Assembly: GCA_963813155.1 (NCBI GenBank)
Contig: CAWEYG010000005.1
Span: forward strand, 32,001-96,000
Source of the DNA: an uncultured Acidobacteriota bacterium
Lineage (GTDB): Bacteria; Acidobacteriota; Thermoanaerobaculia; UBA5066; DATFVB01
Direction of reading: 5' to 3'
DNA length: 64,000 nucleotides
The notes beneath the pieces are model-generated. The model had not been told where the DNA came from, ran no database searches, and saw nothing but the letters and a program-made list of their open reading frames with translations. The position numbers were made by a program, and so were the translations under genes. This document shows, piece after piece, positions 55,580 to 64,000 of this stretch. Position 1 is the first letter of the stretch; each line of letters begins with the position of its first letter.

Positions 55580-57181
55580 TCAGCGCTCCGACACGTCGTA
55601 GGCGCACATGCGCTCCCCGCACTTTTCGTTGTTGAGCCTCTTGCGGCTCCATTCTTCCAGCTCGGAGACCACGGCGTCGCGGTCCTTGTAACGCAGGACG
55701 AGCAGTTTCTCGCCGGTGCGGAGCCCCTTTGCGGAGTCGGTGATCACGGCCGGGCGGTCGGTGTAGTACTCGAACAGCGGTCCCTGGAACCACTGGTTCA
55801 AGGGCGTCTCGGAGATCGGAACGAAGACGAATCGGGAGAAGGTGTCGTTGCGGAGGGAAGAGAGGAACTCGATGTCCGATCGTGTTCCGAGCTGGTCGTC
55901 GAGCACCTGGGCGTACGCCGCTTTCGCGGCGGAGAGGAGATAGAACGCCAGGGCCGCGCAGCCGATAACGGTTCCGGCGAGCCCGGAGCGGCTGCGACCG
56001 AGAGACGCGGCGAAGCCGGCGACGAGTGCTGCGATCGGCAGGCAGAACCAGTACTGCCAGTACAGATGAATGAAGCTTCCCTCCCGGAACGCGAAGAGCC
56101 AGACGCAGGCGACCGCAAGCGTCGTGAAAAAGAACACGGCCAGGCCGGGTCGGGGCGGCGCCGAAGAAACCGGAGCCCTTGCGCGAGAACGCCTTTTCCA
56201 GAGCCATGGCCCCGCGAGGGAGAGCGAGAGAGCCGCCACAATCCAGGGGACGGCCGGGGTGAAGTTGCTCTTCGCGTAGGTCCACTGGCGCGCCCACCAT
56301 TCTGCGGCGGGAATCGACGCTGCCCGTTCGGCGAACGAGCGCGCCAGAGCGCCCCTTGCGCTCGCCCAGGTCCCACGGATGGAGATCAGGAGGCCGGCCA
56401 GCGCGGCGACTCCGCCCAAACCGGATAACGCCGTGGTCGTCAGAGCGCGCTTCGCTTTCGGATCGCCGGTTCGCAGCGAGGCCGCGAGGAGGTACGCAGC
56501 GATCGCACCCGCGAAGAGTGCGCCCGTCCAGTGCGCGAGGATCGCGAGGCCGACCGCAACGCCGTAGAACGCGAGCGCGCCCTTCGTCCCCCTGCGAAAA
56601 TAGGCGGAAAGAGCGACGAACAGCCAGACGCCCGCGAGCATTCCGTCCGTCTCGAATTTCACGCAGGTCTGGTAAACGGCGAACAGCGGCAGACAGACGA
56701 GCGTGACGGCGCCGGCGAGCGAAGCCATCAGACTTCCCGTCGCCTGGAGAAAGATCGCGTAGGTGCCGGCGGCGGTCGCAAACGAAATCGCGAGATAGAA
56801 CGCGCGAGCAGCCCACTCGGGGGTTCCCGTAATCTTCGTGAATTGCTGGAAAACGGTCTTCACCAGGAAGGGATGATCGGTGTAGTAGGTCGGATTCCCC
56901 CGCCGTTCGCCCCACCTCGAGTAGGCGTTGACCGTGACTCCGAACTGCGACCGGAGGTCCCCATTGCGGTTGCCGTTTCGTGCCCGGAACAGATAGTCGG
57001 CGTTGTCGTAGTTGTAATGCAGTCGGGTATCGAGAAGAGGAAGATTCAGTTTGTCTCCGCAGGTCGCGACCTGAAGGGCGAGGATCAACGCCAGGGAGAA
57101 CGCGATTCCCGCGGCTTTCTTGCGTTCTCGATCCGGCCGCGCGAGGGCATGTTTCTCGTGGCGGATCGCCTTTCGCGTCAC
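55580..57181 (-). CDS. Polytopic membrane protein, probable GT-C (ArnT/PMT-like) glycosyltransferase
   Basis: TM1 then loop with YYTDHPFL; EWAARA; many TM helices; soluble C-terminal domain; GTGA overlap with upstream gene. Confidence 0.7.
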   Translation of the reverse strand: MTRKAIRHEKHALARPDRERKKAAGIAFSLALILALQVATCGDKLNLPLLDTRLHYNYDNADYLFRARNGNRNGDLRSQFGVTVNAYSRWGERRGNPTYYTDHPFLVKTVFQQFTKITGTPEWAARAFYLAISFATAAGTYAIFLQATGSLMASLAGAVTLVCLPLFAVYQTCVKFETDGMLAGVWLFVALSAYFRRGTKGALAFYGVAVGLAILAHWTGALFAGAIAAYLLAASLRTGDPKAKRALTTTALSGLGGVAALAGLLISIRGTWASARGALARSFAERAASIPAAEWWARQWTYAKSNFTPAVPWIVAALSLSLAGPWLWKRRSRARAPVSSAPPRPGLAVFFFTTLAVACVWLFAFREGSFIHLYWQYWFCLPIAALVAGFAASLGRSRSGLAGTVIGCAALAFYLLSAAKAAYAQVLDDQLGTRSDIEFLSSLRNDTFSRFVFVPISETPLNQWFQGPLFEYYTDRPAVITDSAKGLRTGEKLLVLRYKDRDAVVSELEEWSRKRLNNEKCGERMCAYDVSER

Positions 57182-59316
57182 GGCGCCTTCAGCCCCCCGA
57201 TTTCCCTGAACAGAAACGCGAGGATGTCGGAAGACTCCTCGATCTGCTTCGAGACGGACGTTTCGCTCCCCGTGTCGCCGCCTCCCCCGTGGCCCGCCTG
57301 CGTCTCGATCCGGATGAGGATCGGGGCGGTGCCGGCCTGAGCGGCCTGCAGCGTCGCCGCGTACTTGAACGAGTGCCCCGGCACGACGCGGTCGTCGTGG
57401 TCGGCCGTCGTGATCAGCACGGGCGGGTAGTGCGTGCCCTTTTTGATGTTGTGAAGCGGGGAGTAGCGAATCAACCAGGCGAACTGGTCCGGCTTGTCCG
57501 ATCGCCCGTAGTCCGAAGCCCACGCCCAACCGATCGTGAACAGGTGGTAGCGAAGCATGTCCATGACGCCGACCTGGGGCACCGCGGCGCCGAAGAGTTC
57601 CGGGTGCTGGTTCAGAGTCGCCCCAACGAGCAATCCTCCGTTGCTGCGGCCGTTGATGGCCAGCCTCTTCGGGTTCGTGTACCCCTTTGCAATCAGCCAC
57701 TTCGCGGCCCAGGCAAAGTCGTCGAAGACGTTCTGCTTGTTGCCAAGCATCCCGGCGCGGTGCCACTCCTCCCCGTATTCGGACCCTCCCCGCAGGCACG
57801 CGTGGGCAAACAGGCCCCCCATTTCGATCCACGCAAGCGCTCGCGCCGAGTAGGCGGGAGTCATCGCGAGGTCGAACCCGCCGTAGCCGAAAAGCAGCGT
57901 GGGAATGTCGCCGGTCTGCTTGAGCCCCTTTCTCGAGACGAGGAACATCGGGATTTTCGTCCCATCTTTGGACGGGTAGAAGACCTCGCGCGTTTCGAAG
58001 CGCGCCGGATCGAACGGGACTTTCGGTTCGCGGAAGACGGAACTCTTCCCGGTCTCGAAATCGTAGCGATAGATGCGCACCGGATAGGAAAACGAGACGA
58101 AGGAGTAGAACGTCTCCTTGTCGGAACGCTTCCCGAAGAATCCGCCCGCCGCGCCGAGCGCCGGCAACTCGATCTCCTTCTCGGGCTTTCCGTCGAGCGA
58201 AAAGAGACGCACTCGGCTTGCGGCGTCGACGAGATACTGCGCCACGATCCGCTCGCCCACGATCGAGACGCCCTCGAGCGACGCGGCGGCCTGGGGCACG
58301 ACGTCGTGAAGCGCAGGCTCTGCCTGCCCGGGCGAGACGTCCACCGAGACGACCCGTCCTCGCGGCGCGTCCTTGTCGGTCTGGAAGTAGAACGTGGATC
58401 CGACATCGTCGAGGAACTGGTACCGGGCGTCGTAGCGATCGAAGAGCTTGACGAAATCGGAGCCGGGCTTTTCCAGATCGCGGTAGTAGAGCCGGTTTCG
58501 GGGATCCGTGCCCTCGCGAACGGTGAGAATGAGCCAGCGGCCGCCGTCGGTGACATCAGCGGAAAAGAACCAATCGGGCTTGTCGGGGCGCGCGAAAACG
58601 GGCTCGTCCCGCGACTGGGGCGTGCCGAGGCGGTGGAACCAGACCTTCTGGTTCTTGACGACCGACTGCAGCTCGCGGCCGGCCGGGGGCTCGTCGTACC
58701 GGGAGTAGTAAAAACCCCGGTTATCCGGCGCCCATGACGCGCCGGAGAACTTCACCCATTTCAGGAGGTCGTCGGTGTCCTTCCCCGTTTCGATGTTTCG
58801 AACCTTCCACTCGTTCCAGTCCGAGCCCGCGGCGGACGTGCCGTAGGCGAGAAGGTTGCCGTCGTGCGAGACGGCGTACCCGGCGAGCGACACCGTTCCG
58901 TTCGAGGAAAGCGCGTTCGGGTCCAACAGGACCCGAGGCGCGCCATCGAGGGAATCCTGGACGAGGAGAACGCTCTGGTTCTGAAGACCGCTGTTGCGCG
59001 TAAAGAAGTAGCGGCTCGCCTCCCGAAACGGCGGAGAGTTGCGCTCGTAATTCCACAGTCCCTCGAGGGCTGAGCGGATTCGCTCCCGGCCCGGAATTTT
59101 CGAGAAGAAGGATCTCGTGAGCCGGTTCTCTGCCTCGATCCAGGCGCGGGTCGCGGGGGAGTCCGGGTTCTCGAGCTCCCGGTAGGGGTCGGCGATCTTC
59201 GTCCCGTGGTACTCGTCGACCTGTCGCGTCTTCGGCGCCTTCGGATAACGGGCGACGGTCGCTGCTGCGAGGCTGAGAGCAATGAGCGAAATGAACGAAG
59301 GGATCCAAATTCGCAT
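57178..59316 (-). CDS. Secreted prolyl oligopeptidase (S9A)
   Basis: ADPYRELE, LRGGSEYGEEWH, GRSNGGLL (Ser), DHDDRV (Asp), AGHG (His); signal peptide. Confidence 0.95.
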   Translation of the reverse strand: MRIWIPSFISLIALSLAAATVARYPKAPKTRQVDEYHGTKIADPYRELENPDSPATRAWIEAENRLTRSFFSKIPGRERIRSALEGLWNYERNSPPFREASRYFFTRNSGLQNQSVLLVQDSLDGAPRVLLDPNALSSNGTVSLAGYAVSHDGNLLAYGTSAAGSDWNEWKVRNIETGKDTDDLLKWVKFSGASWAPDNRGFYYSRYDEPPAGRELQSVVKNQKVWFHRLGTPQSRDEPVFARPDKPDWFFSADVTDGGRWLILTVREGTDPRNRLYYRDLEKPGSDFVKLFDRYDARYQFLDDVGSTFYFQTDKDAPRGRVVSVDVSPGQAEPALHDVVPQAAASLEGVSIVGERIVAQYLVDAASRVRLFSLDGKPEKEIELPALGAAGGFFGKRSDKETFYSFVSFSYPVRIYRYDFETGKSSVFREPKVPFDPARFETREVFYPSKDGTKIPMFLVSRKGLKQTGDIPTLLFGYGGFDLAMTPAYSARALAWIEMGGLFAHACLRGGSEYGEEWHRAGMLGNKQNVFDDFAWAAKWLIAKGYTNPKRLAINGRSNGGLLVGATLNQHPELFGAAVPQVGVMDMLRYHLFTIGWAWASDYGRSDKPDQFAWLIRYSPLHNIKKGTHYPPVLITTADHDDRVVPGHSFKYAATLQAAQAGTAPILIRIETQAGHGGGGDTGSETSVSKQIEESSDILAFLFREIGGLKAP

Positions 59317-59414
59317 CCTCGTCCTCCGCTCGAAACAGTAGCACGATGCGAACACGCCGCCGCGGTTGCCGCAATGGCTCTTGATTGCGTCGCGGCGCTT
59401 GGGATAATCGCGCG

Positions 59415-59867
59415 ATGTCGTTCGAGAGGCGCGGCGAAAACGGCTACCTCGTGAGCAGCGATCCCGCGAAGCTCGACCTCGGATTTGTCCATGGCTTCCT
59501 GGCGGCCTCGTACTGGGCGCGCTCGATTTCGCTCGAGGTCGTCGAAAGATCCGTCGCCGGATCGCTTTGCTTCGGCGTCTACGACGACGCGCGCCAGGTC
59601 GGATTCGGGCGCGTCATCACGGACCGCGCGACGTTTGCCTACCTCGCCGACGTCTTCATCGTCGAATCTCACCGGGGGCGGGGTCTCGCGAAGCTGCTGA
59701 TCGAGACGATCCTGTCCGCCCCCGACCTGCAGGGTCTGCGCCGAATTCAGCTCGTCACGCGGGACGCGCACGGCCTGTACGAGAAATTCGGCTTTCGCGC
59801 GCTCGAAAATCCAGGGCGCCACCTCGAAATCGTCCGGCCGCTTCTTTCCGAGAAAGAACCGGGTTGA
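59415..59867 (+). CDS. GNAT-family N-acetyltransferase
   Basis: QVGFGRVITD..AYLADVFI..HRGRGLAK..DAHGLYEKFGF. Confidence 0.9.
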   Translation: MSFERRGENGYLVSSDPAKLDLGFVHGFLAASYWARSISLEVVERSVAGSLCFGVYDDARQVGFGRVITDRATFAYLADVFIVESHRGRGLAKLLIETILSAPDLQGLRRIQLVTRDAHGLYEKFGFRALENPGRHLEIVRPLLSEKEPG

Positions 59868-60637
59868 CGGCCGCCCGGATCGCTGCAATTTTTGCGGCGG
59901 CTTTCTCCGGAGGCGTGATCGGTGCGTTGGCCGGCGGCGGAACGCTGATCACGTTTTCCGTCCTGGTCTTTCTGGGATATCCCGCGATCGTCGCAAACGC
60001 GACGGCCGCGGTCGGAATCATTCCGACGGGCGCGGCACAGGTCGTCGGCCATTGGACCGACGTGCGCGAACAACGGCACTGGCGCCGGGCCCTCGTTGTT
60101 CCGGGAGTCCTCGGGGGCGCGATCGGTTCGATCCTTCTGATCGCGACGCCAGAACGCTCCTTTGAGAGACTCGCGCCGTTCCTCGTTTTGTTCGCGACCG
60201 GATTGTTCGTCTTGCAGGGTTTTCTTCCGGAAAGGTGGCAGATGCCCGGGACGGACCCGCGGTTCGCCCGGAGGCGCTTCCTTGTCGGAGGACTGCTCCT
60301 TTTCATCGTCGCGATCTACGAGGGGTACTTCGGCGCCGGCAGCGGGATCCTGATTCTCGCCATCCTCGGCTTCCTCGGCCTTTCGGACATCCACACGCGC
60401 AACGGGCTGAAGGGCTACTTCGTCGTCGCGATCGACGGAGTCGCGTCCGCGTATTTCCTCTATCGGGGCGCCGTGAACCTGAAAGCGGCGGGCATCATGG
60501 TCGTCGGCGCTTTCGCGGGCGGCTACGCTGGAGCCCGCTTCGCCCGCCGGATCGGGCGCGAGAAAGCGCGCGTGGCCGTCATCGTGATCGGGCTGATTCT
60601 CGGGGTCATTCTCCTCGCCCGCGGTCGCGGCATGTAG
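59864..60637 (+). CDS. TSUP/TauE-SafE family membrane transporter
   Basis: AGGGTLITF, ANAT, YEGYFGAGSG, GGYAGA; TTGA overlap. Confidence 0.88.
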   Translation: MTAARIAAIFAAAFSGGVIGALAGGGTLITFSVLVFLGYPAIVANATAAVGIIPTGAAQVVGHWTDVREQRHWRRALVVPGVLGGAIGSILLIATPERSFERLAPFLVLFATGLFVLQGFLPERWQMPGTDPRFARRRFLVGGLLLFIVAIYEGYFGAGSGILILAILGFLGLSDIHTRNGLKGYFVVAIDGVASAYFLYRGAVNLKAAGIMVVGAFAGGYAGARFARRIGREKARVAVIVIGLILGVILLARGRGM

Positions 60638-60688
60638 CGCCGCTGAGCCCCTCTTGAACTTCCCTGCCCGATCTTCGTTAATAGAGGC

Positions 60689-61615
60689 ATGGCGGCAACG
60701 GGCGGAGAGATGGCCATCGAGGCGCGCGGACTGCGGAAGGTCTACCGGTCGATCACCGCGCTGGACGGAATCGACCTGGAAGTCGCGCCGGGAGAGTTGT
60801 TTGGGCTCCTTGGACCCAACGGCGCGGGGAAGACGACGACCGTCAAGATCCTGCTCGGCCTGACAAGGCCGACTTCCGGAACCGCCTCGATCCACGGGAT
60901 TCCGGTGTCCGATCCGGAGAGCCGGCGCCGGGTCGGGTACCTTCCCGAGGGGCACCGCTTTCCCGGATACCTGACTGCGCGAGAGACGCTCTCGATCTTC
61001 GGACGGATGTCGGGGGTGGATCCCTCGACGCTCGCGGAGAGGATCCCCGCGCTTCTCGCCCGCGTTCACCTGGAGAAGTGGGCGGGAGTGCGGGTCAAGA
61101 AGTTCTCCAAGGGGATGGTGCAGCGTTTGGGCCTGGCCGCCGCGCTGGTCCACGACCCGGATGTCCTGCTTCTCGACGAGCCGACCGACGGGGTCGATCC
61201 GGTCGGCCGGCGCGAAATTCGCGACCTCCTCCTGGAAGAAGCGAGCCGGGGCCGGGCAGTGCTCGTCAATTCCCATCTCCTTTCCGAGATCGAGCTGACG
61301 TGCGGCCGGGTTGCGATCCTTCGCGAGGGAAAGATCGTCGCGCAGGGCACGATCTCGGAGTTGACGAAACGGCAGGAGAAATACCGGATGTCGGCAACCC
61401 CGATCGACGATTCGCTCCTCACGTCGTTCCGGGACACGGGCGCCGGCGTGGAACGGCAGAACGGGCATCTCGTGCTCGCGGTTCGCGACACCGACCACCT
61501 GAATGCGCTCGTCGACCGACTGCGGGAACGCGGCGGTCGGCTCACCGAGCTTTCCCCGGTTCGCTCGAGCCTCGAGGACGTGTTCGTCGGATTTTTCCAG
61601 GAGGGGCAAAAATGA
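60689..61615 (+). CDS. ABC transporter ATP-binding protein
   Basis: GPNGAGKTT, FSKGMVQR, LLLDEP, NSHLL. Confidence 0.93.
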   Translation: MAATGGEMAIEARGLRKVYRSITALDGIDLEVAPGELFGLLGPNGAGKTTTVKILLGLTRPTSGTASIHGIPVSDPESRRRVGYLPEGHRFPGYLTARETLSIFGRMSGVDPSTLAERIPALLARVHLEKWAGVRVKKFSKGMVQRLGLAAALVHDPDVLLLDEPTDGVDPVGRREIRDLLLEEASRGRAVLVNSHLLSEIELTCGRVAILREGKIVAQGTISELTKRQEKYRMSATPIDDSLLTSFRDTGAGVERQNGHLVLAVRDTDHLNALVDRLRERGGRLTELSPVRSSLEDVFVGFFQEGQK

Positions 61616-62466
61616 GGCCGCTGCTCGCCAACATCGAAGAAGTGTTTCGGGAAGCGGCTGCGCGCTGGACGCTCGTCGCGTACTTCGTGCTCTCTTCGCT
61701 CTTCATTCTTCTGTTTGCCTTCGCGGTTAACCTCGACATCGTGAACGGCGCGCTCGCGGGAGCGCGCCTGTTCGGCCAGTCGGTGCAGATGGGGGGACAA
61801 GAAATCAGCCTCGACCGCCTCGTCATCGGCTTCGAGTCGGGCTTCTCCGCGTTCCTCTACGTCGTCGGCACGTTTCTGGCGGTCTTCGCGACCGCCCATC
61901 TGACACCGCGGCTCCAGGAAAAGGGCACGGTCGACCTGTACCTCTCGCGGCCGGTGGGCCGGGTGAGCCTGCTCGCGTCCCGTTACGTGGCGGGGCTCCT
62001 CCTCGCGGCCTCGAACATCGTCTACCTGATCGGGTCGATCTGGCTGATCGTTCTCTGGAAGACGCACGTCGCGCACCCCCGATTTTTCGCGGCGGGAGCG
62101 GTGATTCTCTTCGCGATCGCCGTCCTTCTCGCATTCTCTTTTCTCATCGGCGTCGTGACCTCTTCAACGGGCGTTTCGATCATGGCCACCTACGGGCTCT
62201 TCTTCTTTTCGGCGATCCTCGCCGCGCACGAGAAGATCGAGGCCGCCGTTTCGCACGAATGGCAGGCGGCGGTCGTTCGAGGCCTGTACTGGATCCTGCC
62301 GAAGACTTCGGAGCTCGGGCGCTCCGCCATCGCCCTGGTCGGCGGCGGACACCTGCCGCGCGCCATCGGCCCGGCCCTTTCCATTGCTCCCTTTGCGACG
62401 ACCGCCGCGTTCGGCCTCGCGTGCTTCGCGGCCGCTTCCTGGCTTTTCCAACGAAAGGATTTCTGA
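61612..62466 (+). CDS. ABC-2-type transporter permease
   Basis: About 6 TM helices; EKGTVDLYLSRPVGR; terminal FQRKDF. Confidence 0.88.
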   Translation: MRPLLANIEEVFREAAARWTLVAYFVLSSLFILLFAFAVNLDIVNGALAGARLFGQSVQMGGQEISLDRLVIGFESGFSAFLYVVGTFLAVFATAHLTPRLQEKGTVDLYLSRPVGRVSLLASRYVAGLLLAASNIVYLIGSIWLIVLWKTHVAHPRFFAAGAVILFAIAVLLAFSFLIGVVTSSTGVSIMATYGLFFFSAILAAHEKIEAAVSHEWQAAVVRGLYWILPKTSELGRSAIALVGGGHLPRAIGPALSIAPFATTAAFGLACFAAASWLFQRKDF

Positions 62467-63440
62467 TGAAAACCGCGCGTCTTCTCCTGTCGTGCCTGTC
62501 GATTTTCGCGTCGGCGGCCGTTCCGCTTTTTGGTGCGCCGGCCGCGCCGCAGAGCGGGTTGGCCCTCGTGCCTTCCGATTCGATCGCCGTTGCGGTCGTC
62601 AGCCTCGATCGGCTTCGATCGAGCGACCTCGCCCCTTCGCTCTTCCACGAGGCCGACGAGATCACCGTCGATGGAAAGGCCGCGGCGTTTCTGAAGGACG
62701 CCGGCCTCGATCCGAAACGCGACGTCGACGTCGCGGTCTTCTCCCTTTGCGCCGGAGGCCGCGACGAGGCGCAGCCGCTCGTCGCGTTCGAGGGCAGGTT
62801 CGATCCGGCGTCGCTTTCCGCGGCGACCGCCTCGCGGGGCGGCACGCGGATCGACGGCGCAATTCCGTACTTTCGACTTCCCGCCTCCGCCGATTCCAAG
62901 GGACATCGGGGCGATCCGGGCGCCGTTGCGTTTCTCTCTTCGCGCGTCGTTCTCGCCGGAAGCGAGCCGGCGCTCCTGCACGCGCTCGATCTGTATTCGT
63001 CCGGCCGCTCCGGCCTCCCCTCGAAGGGCGCGCTCGGAGGGATGGTCGCGAAAGTCGATCCCGCGTCCTCGGCCTGGGTCGTCGTCGACGCCGCGCGGGC
63101 GCGCGAGTTGAAAGAAGCCTCCGCTTCGCACGAGTCGGCCGAGGGGCCGGCGGCGACGGTGTATTCCGCCCTGCGTTCCGTGTCCTGGGTCGTATTCCAG
63201 GCGAACCTTTCCTCCGGAGGAGTGGACGTGAAGGCGACGGGTCTCTCCTCCGACGAAGACGCCCGGCAGAACATCGAAGACGTGCTCAAGGGAATGATCG
63301 CGGCGTGGCGCATGGCGGTGCAATCGAAGAGCCCCGAGCTCGTCTCCGCGCTCCGCAAGTTCACCGTGACGCGGGACAACCAGGGAGTCACGATCGCCGG
63401 GCGAATCCCGGCCGAGCTGTTCAAGACCGCGAAGCGGTAG
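62466..63440 (+). CDS. Secreted/periplasmic protein of unknown function
   Basis: Signal peptide MKTARLLLSCLSIF; LALVPSDS, GLDPKRDVD; TGATG coupling to permease. Confidence 0.7.
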   Translation: MKTARLLLSCLSIFASAAVPLFGAPAAPQSGLALVPSDSIAVAVVSLDRLRSSDLAPSLFHEADEITVDGKAAAFLKDAGLDPKRDVDVAVFSLCAGGRDEAQPLVAFEGRFDPASLSAATASRGGTRIDGAIPYFRLPASADSKGHRGDPGAVAFLSSRVVLAGSEPALLHALDLYSSGRSGLPSKGALGGMVAKVDPASSAWVVVDAARARELKEASASHESAEGPAATVYSALRSVSWVVFQANLSSGGVDVKATGLSSDEDARQNIEDVLKGMIAAWRMAVQSKSPELVSALRKFTVTRDNQGVTIAGRIPAELFKTAKR

Positions 63441-63450
63441 CCAGGGGCCG

Positions 63451-63611
63451 GGTCAACGCGCCGGCGCAATAAGGGCGGGTGGCGCGGGGCGAGACTCCCT
63501 TTTGCCGCTCGCGTCGCGGGTGTAGCAAAGTCCTCAGGCTCGCGGCGAGCGGAAAAGAGGAGCGAGTCCCGCGGCAGGACCCGCTTGCCGGGCCGGCGTT
63601 GGGGTTGGACC
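63451..63611 (+). ncRNA. Candidate structured RNA/long imperfect hairpin, family unassigned
   Basis: Eight nested complementary blocks around an 18-nt loop (63521-63538). Confidence 0.4.
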
Positions 63612-63658
63612 GCTCTTCGGGCTGAGCGAGCTCGACGCCGGGCTAGAATCGCTCCGAG

Positions 63659-64000
63659 ATGGCCGACGTCTTCGAGGAACGCATCGCGCAGGAGGCGCAC
63701 CTGTACGCGGACGTGTTTCTGCCGGACGGGGTCGCCCGCCCGCCGCTCGTGATCGCTCTCCACGGCTACGGCGGCGACAAGGTCTCGATGATGAAGCTCG
63801 CGCGCCGGATTTTCCGCGACGAGCTGGCGATCGCGAGCCTGCAGGGGCCGCATCCGCACGTGATCTACCCGAAGGATCGCTCTCAGCCTCTCGGGTTCGG
63901 GTTCGGCTGGGTGACGAACTTCCGGCCGGACGAGTCGATCGCTCTGCACCACGGAGCGGTCCTGGAGTTGCTGTCGCGCCTCGGCGCGCGCGGCGCGATC
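63659..64000 (+). CDS. Alpha/beta-hydrolase (phospholipase/carboxylesterase-like), 3'-truncated by window edge
   Basis: Manual translation MADVFEERIAQEAHLYADVFLPDGVARPPLVIALHGYGG..IASLQGPH; TAGAAT upstream. Confidence 0.75.
   Translation, partial: MADVFEERIAQEAHLYADVFLPDGVARPPLVIALHGYGGDKVSMMKLARRIFRDELAIASLQGPHPHVIYPKDRSQPLGFGFGWVTNFRPDESIALHHGAVLELLSRLGARGAI

Noticed and set aside
63451-63611. Integron attC site or c-di-GMP-I riboswitch
   Set aside because: GTTGGAC fits R' but R''/L boxes and length fit poorly, and there is no integrase or cassette array; GCAAAG is present but the GNRA-capped P2 stem of the riboswitch is missing

Overview
GC-rich (roughly two-thirds G+C by eye) bacterial chromosomal window spanning the replication origin. 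gyrA-gyrB-recF-dnaN-dnaA lie on the minus strand. rpmH-rnpA-yidD-yidC-jag-mnmE-mnmG-rsmG-(parS)-parA-parB-bactofilin-atpF'FHAGDC lie on the plus strand. The split atp operon (no atpB/atpE), the DnaA domain IV motif KHHSTV and the gene order suggest Acidobacteriota, possibly Thermoanaerobaculia; this is inference. Other housekeeping genes are selB, tsaD, lepA, topA, dprA, pdxS/pdxT with a MocR-family regulator, a methionine aminotransferase/omega-amidase pair, a prolyl oligopeptidase and an ABC transporter. Five genes carry apparent indels (NAT-like, pdxT, pdxR, recF, mnmE), most likely sequencing or assembly errors. I found no rRNA, tRNA, CRISPR array, integrase or transposase. The most interesting items are: (1) an operon of two lipoproteins, a zinc-peptidase/beta-propeller/Omp85 protein and a phosphodiesterase; (2) a Cdd1-like HhH protein coupled to an OGG-like glycosylase, divergent from an orphan Phd antitoxin; (3) a transaldolase with a remodelled active site upstream of a pdxR-pdxS-pdxT-NAT unit; (4) a small zinc-ribbon protein with a YxGPDRR motif behind topA; (5) a ~160-nt rod-like intergenic hairpin; (6) apparent CTG starts and many apparently leaderless genes; (7) clear operator-like repeats and a shared 27-bp AT-rich motif at oriC and inside parB. 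All functional calls come from motif recognition only; no database search was run.
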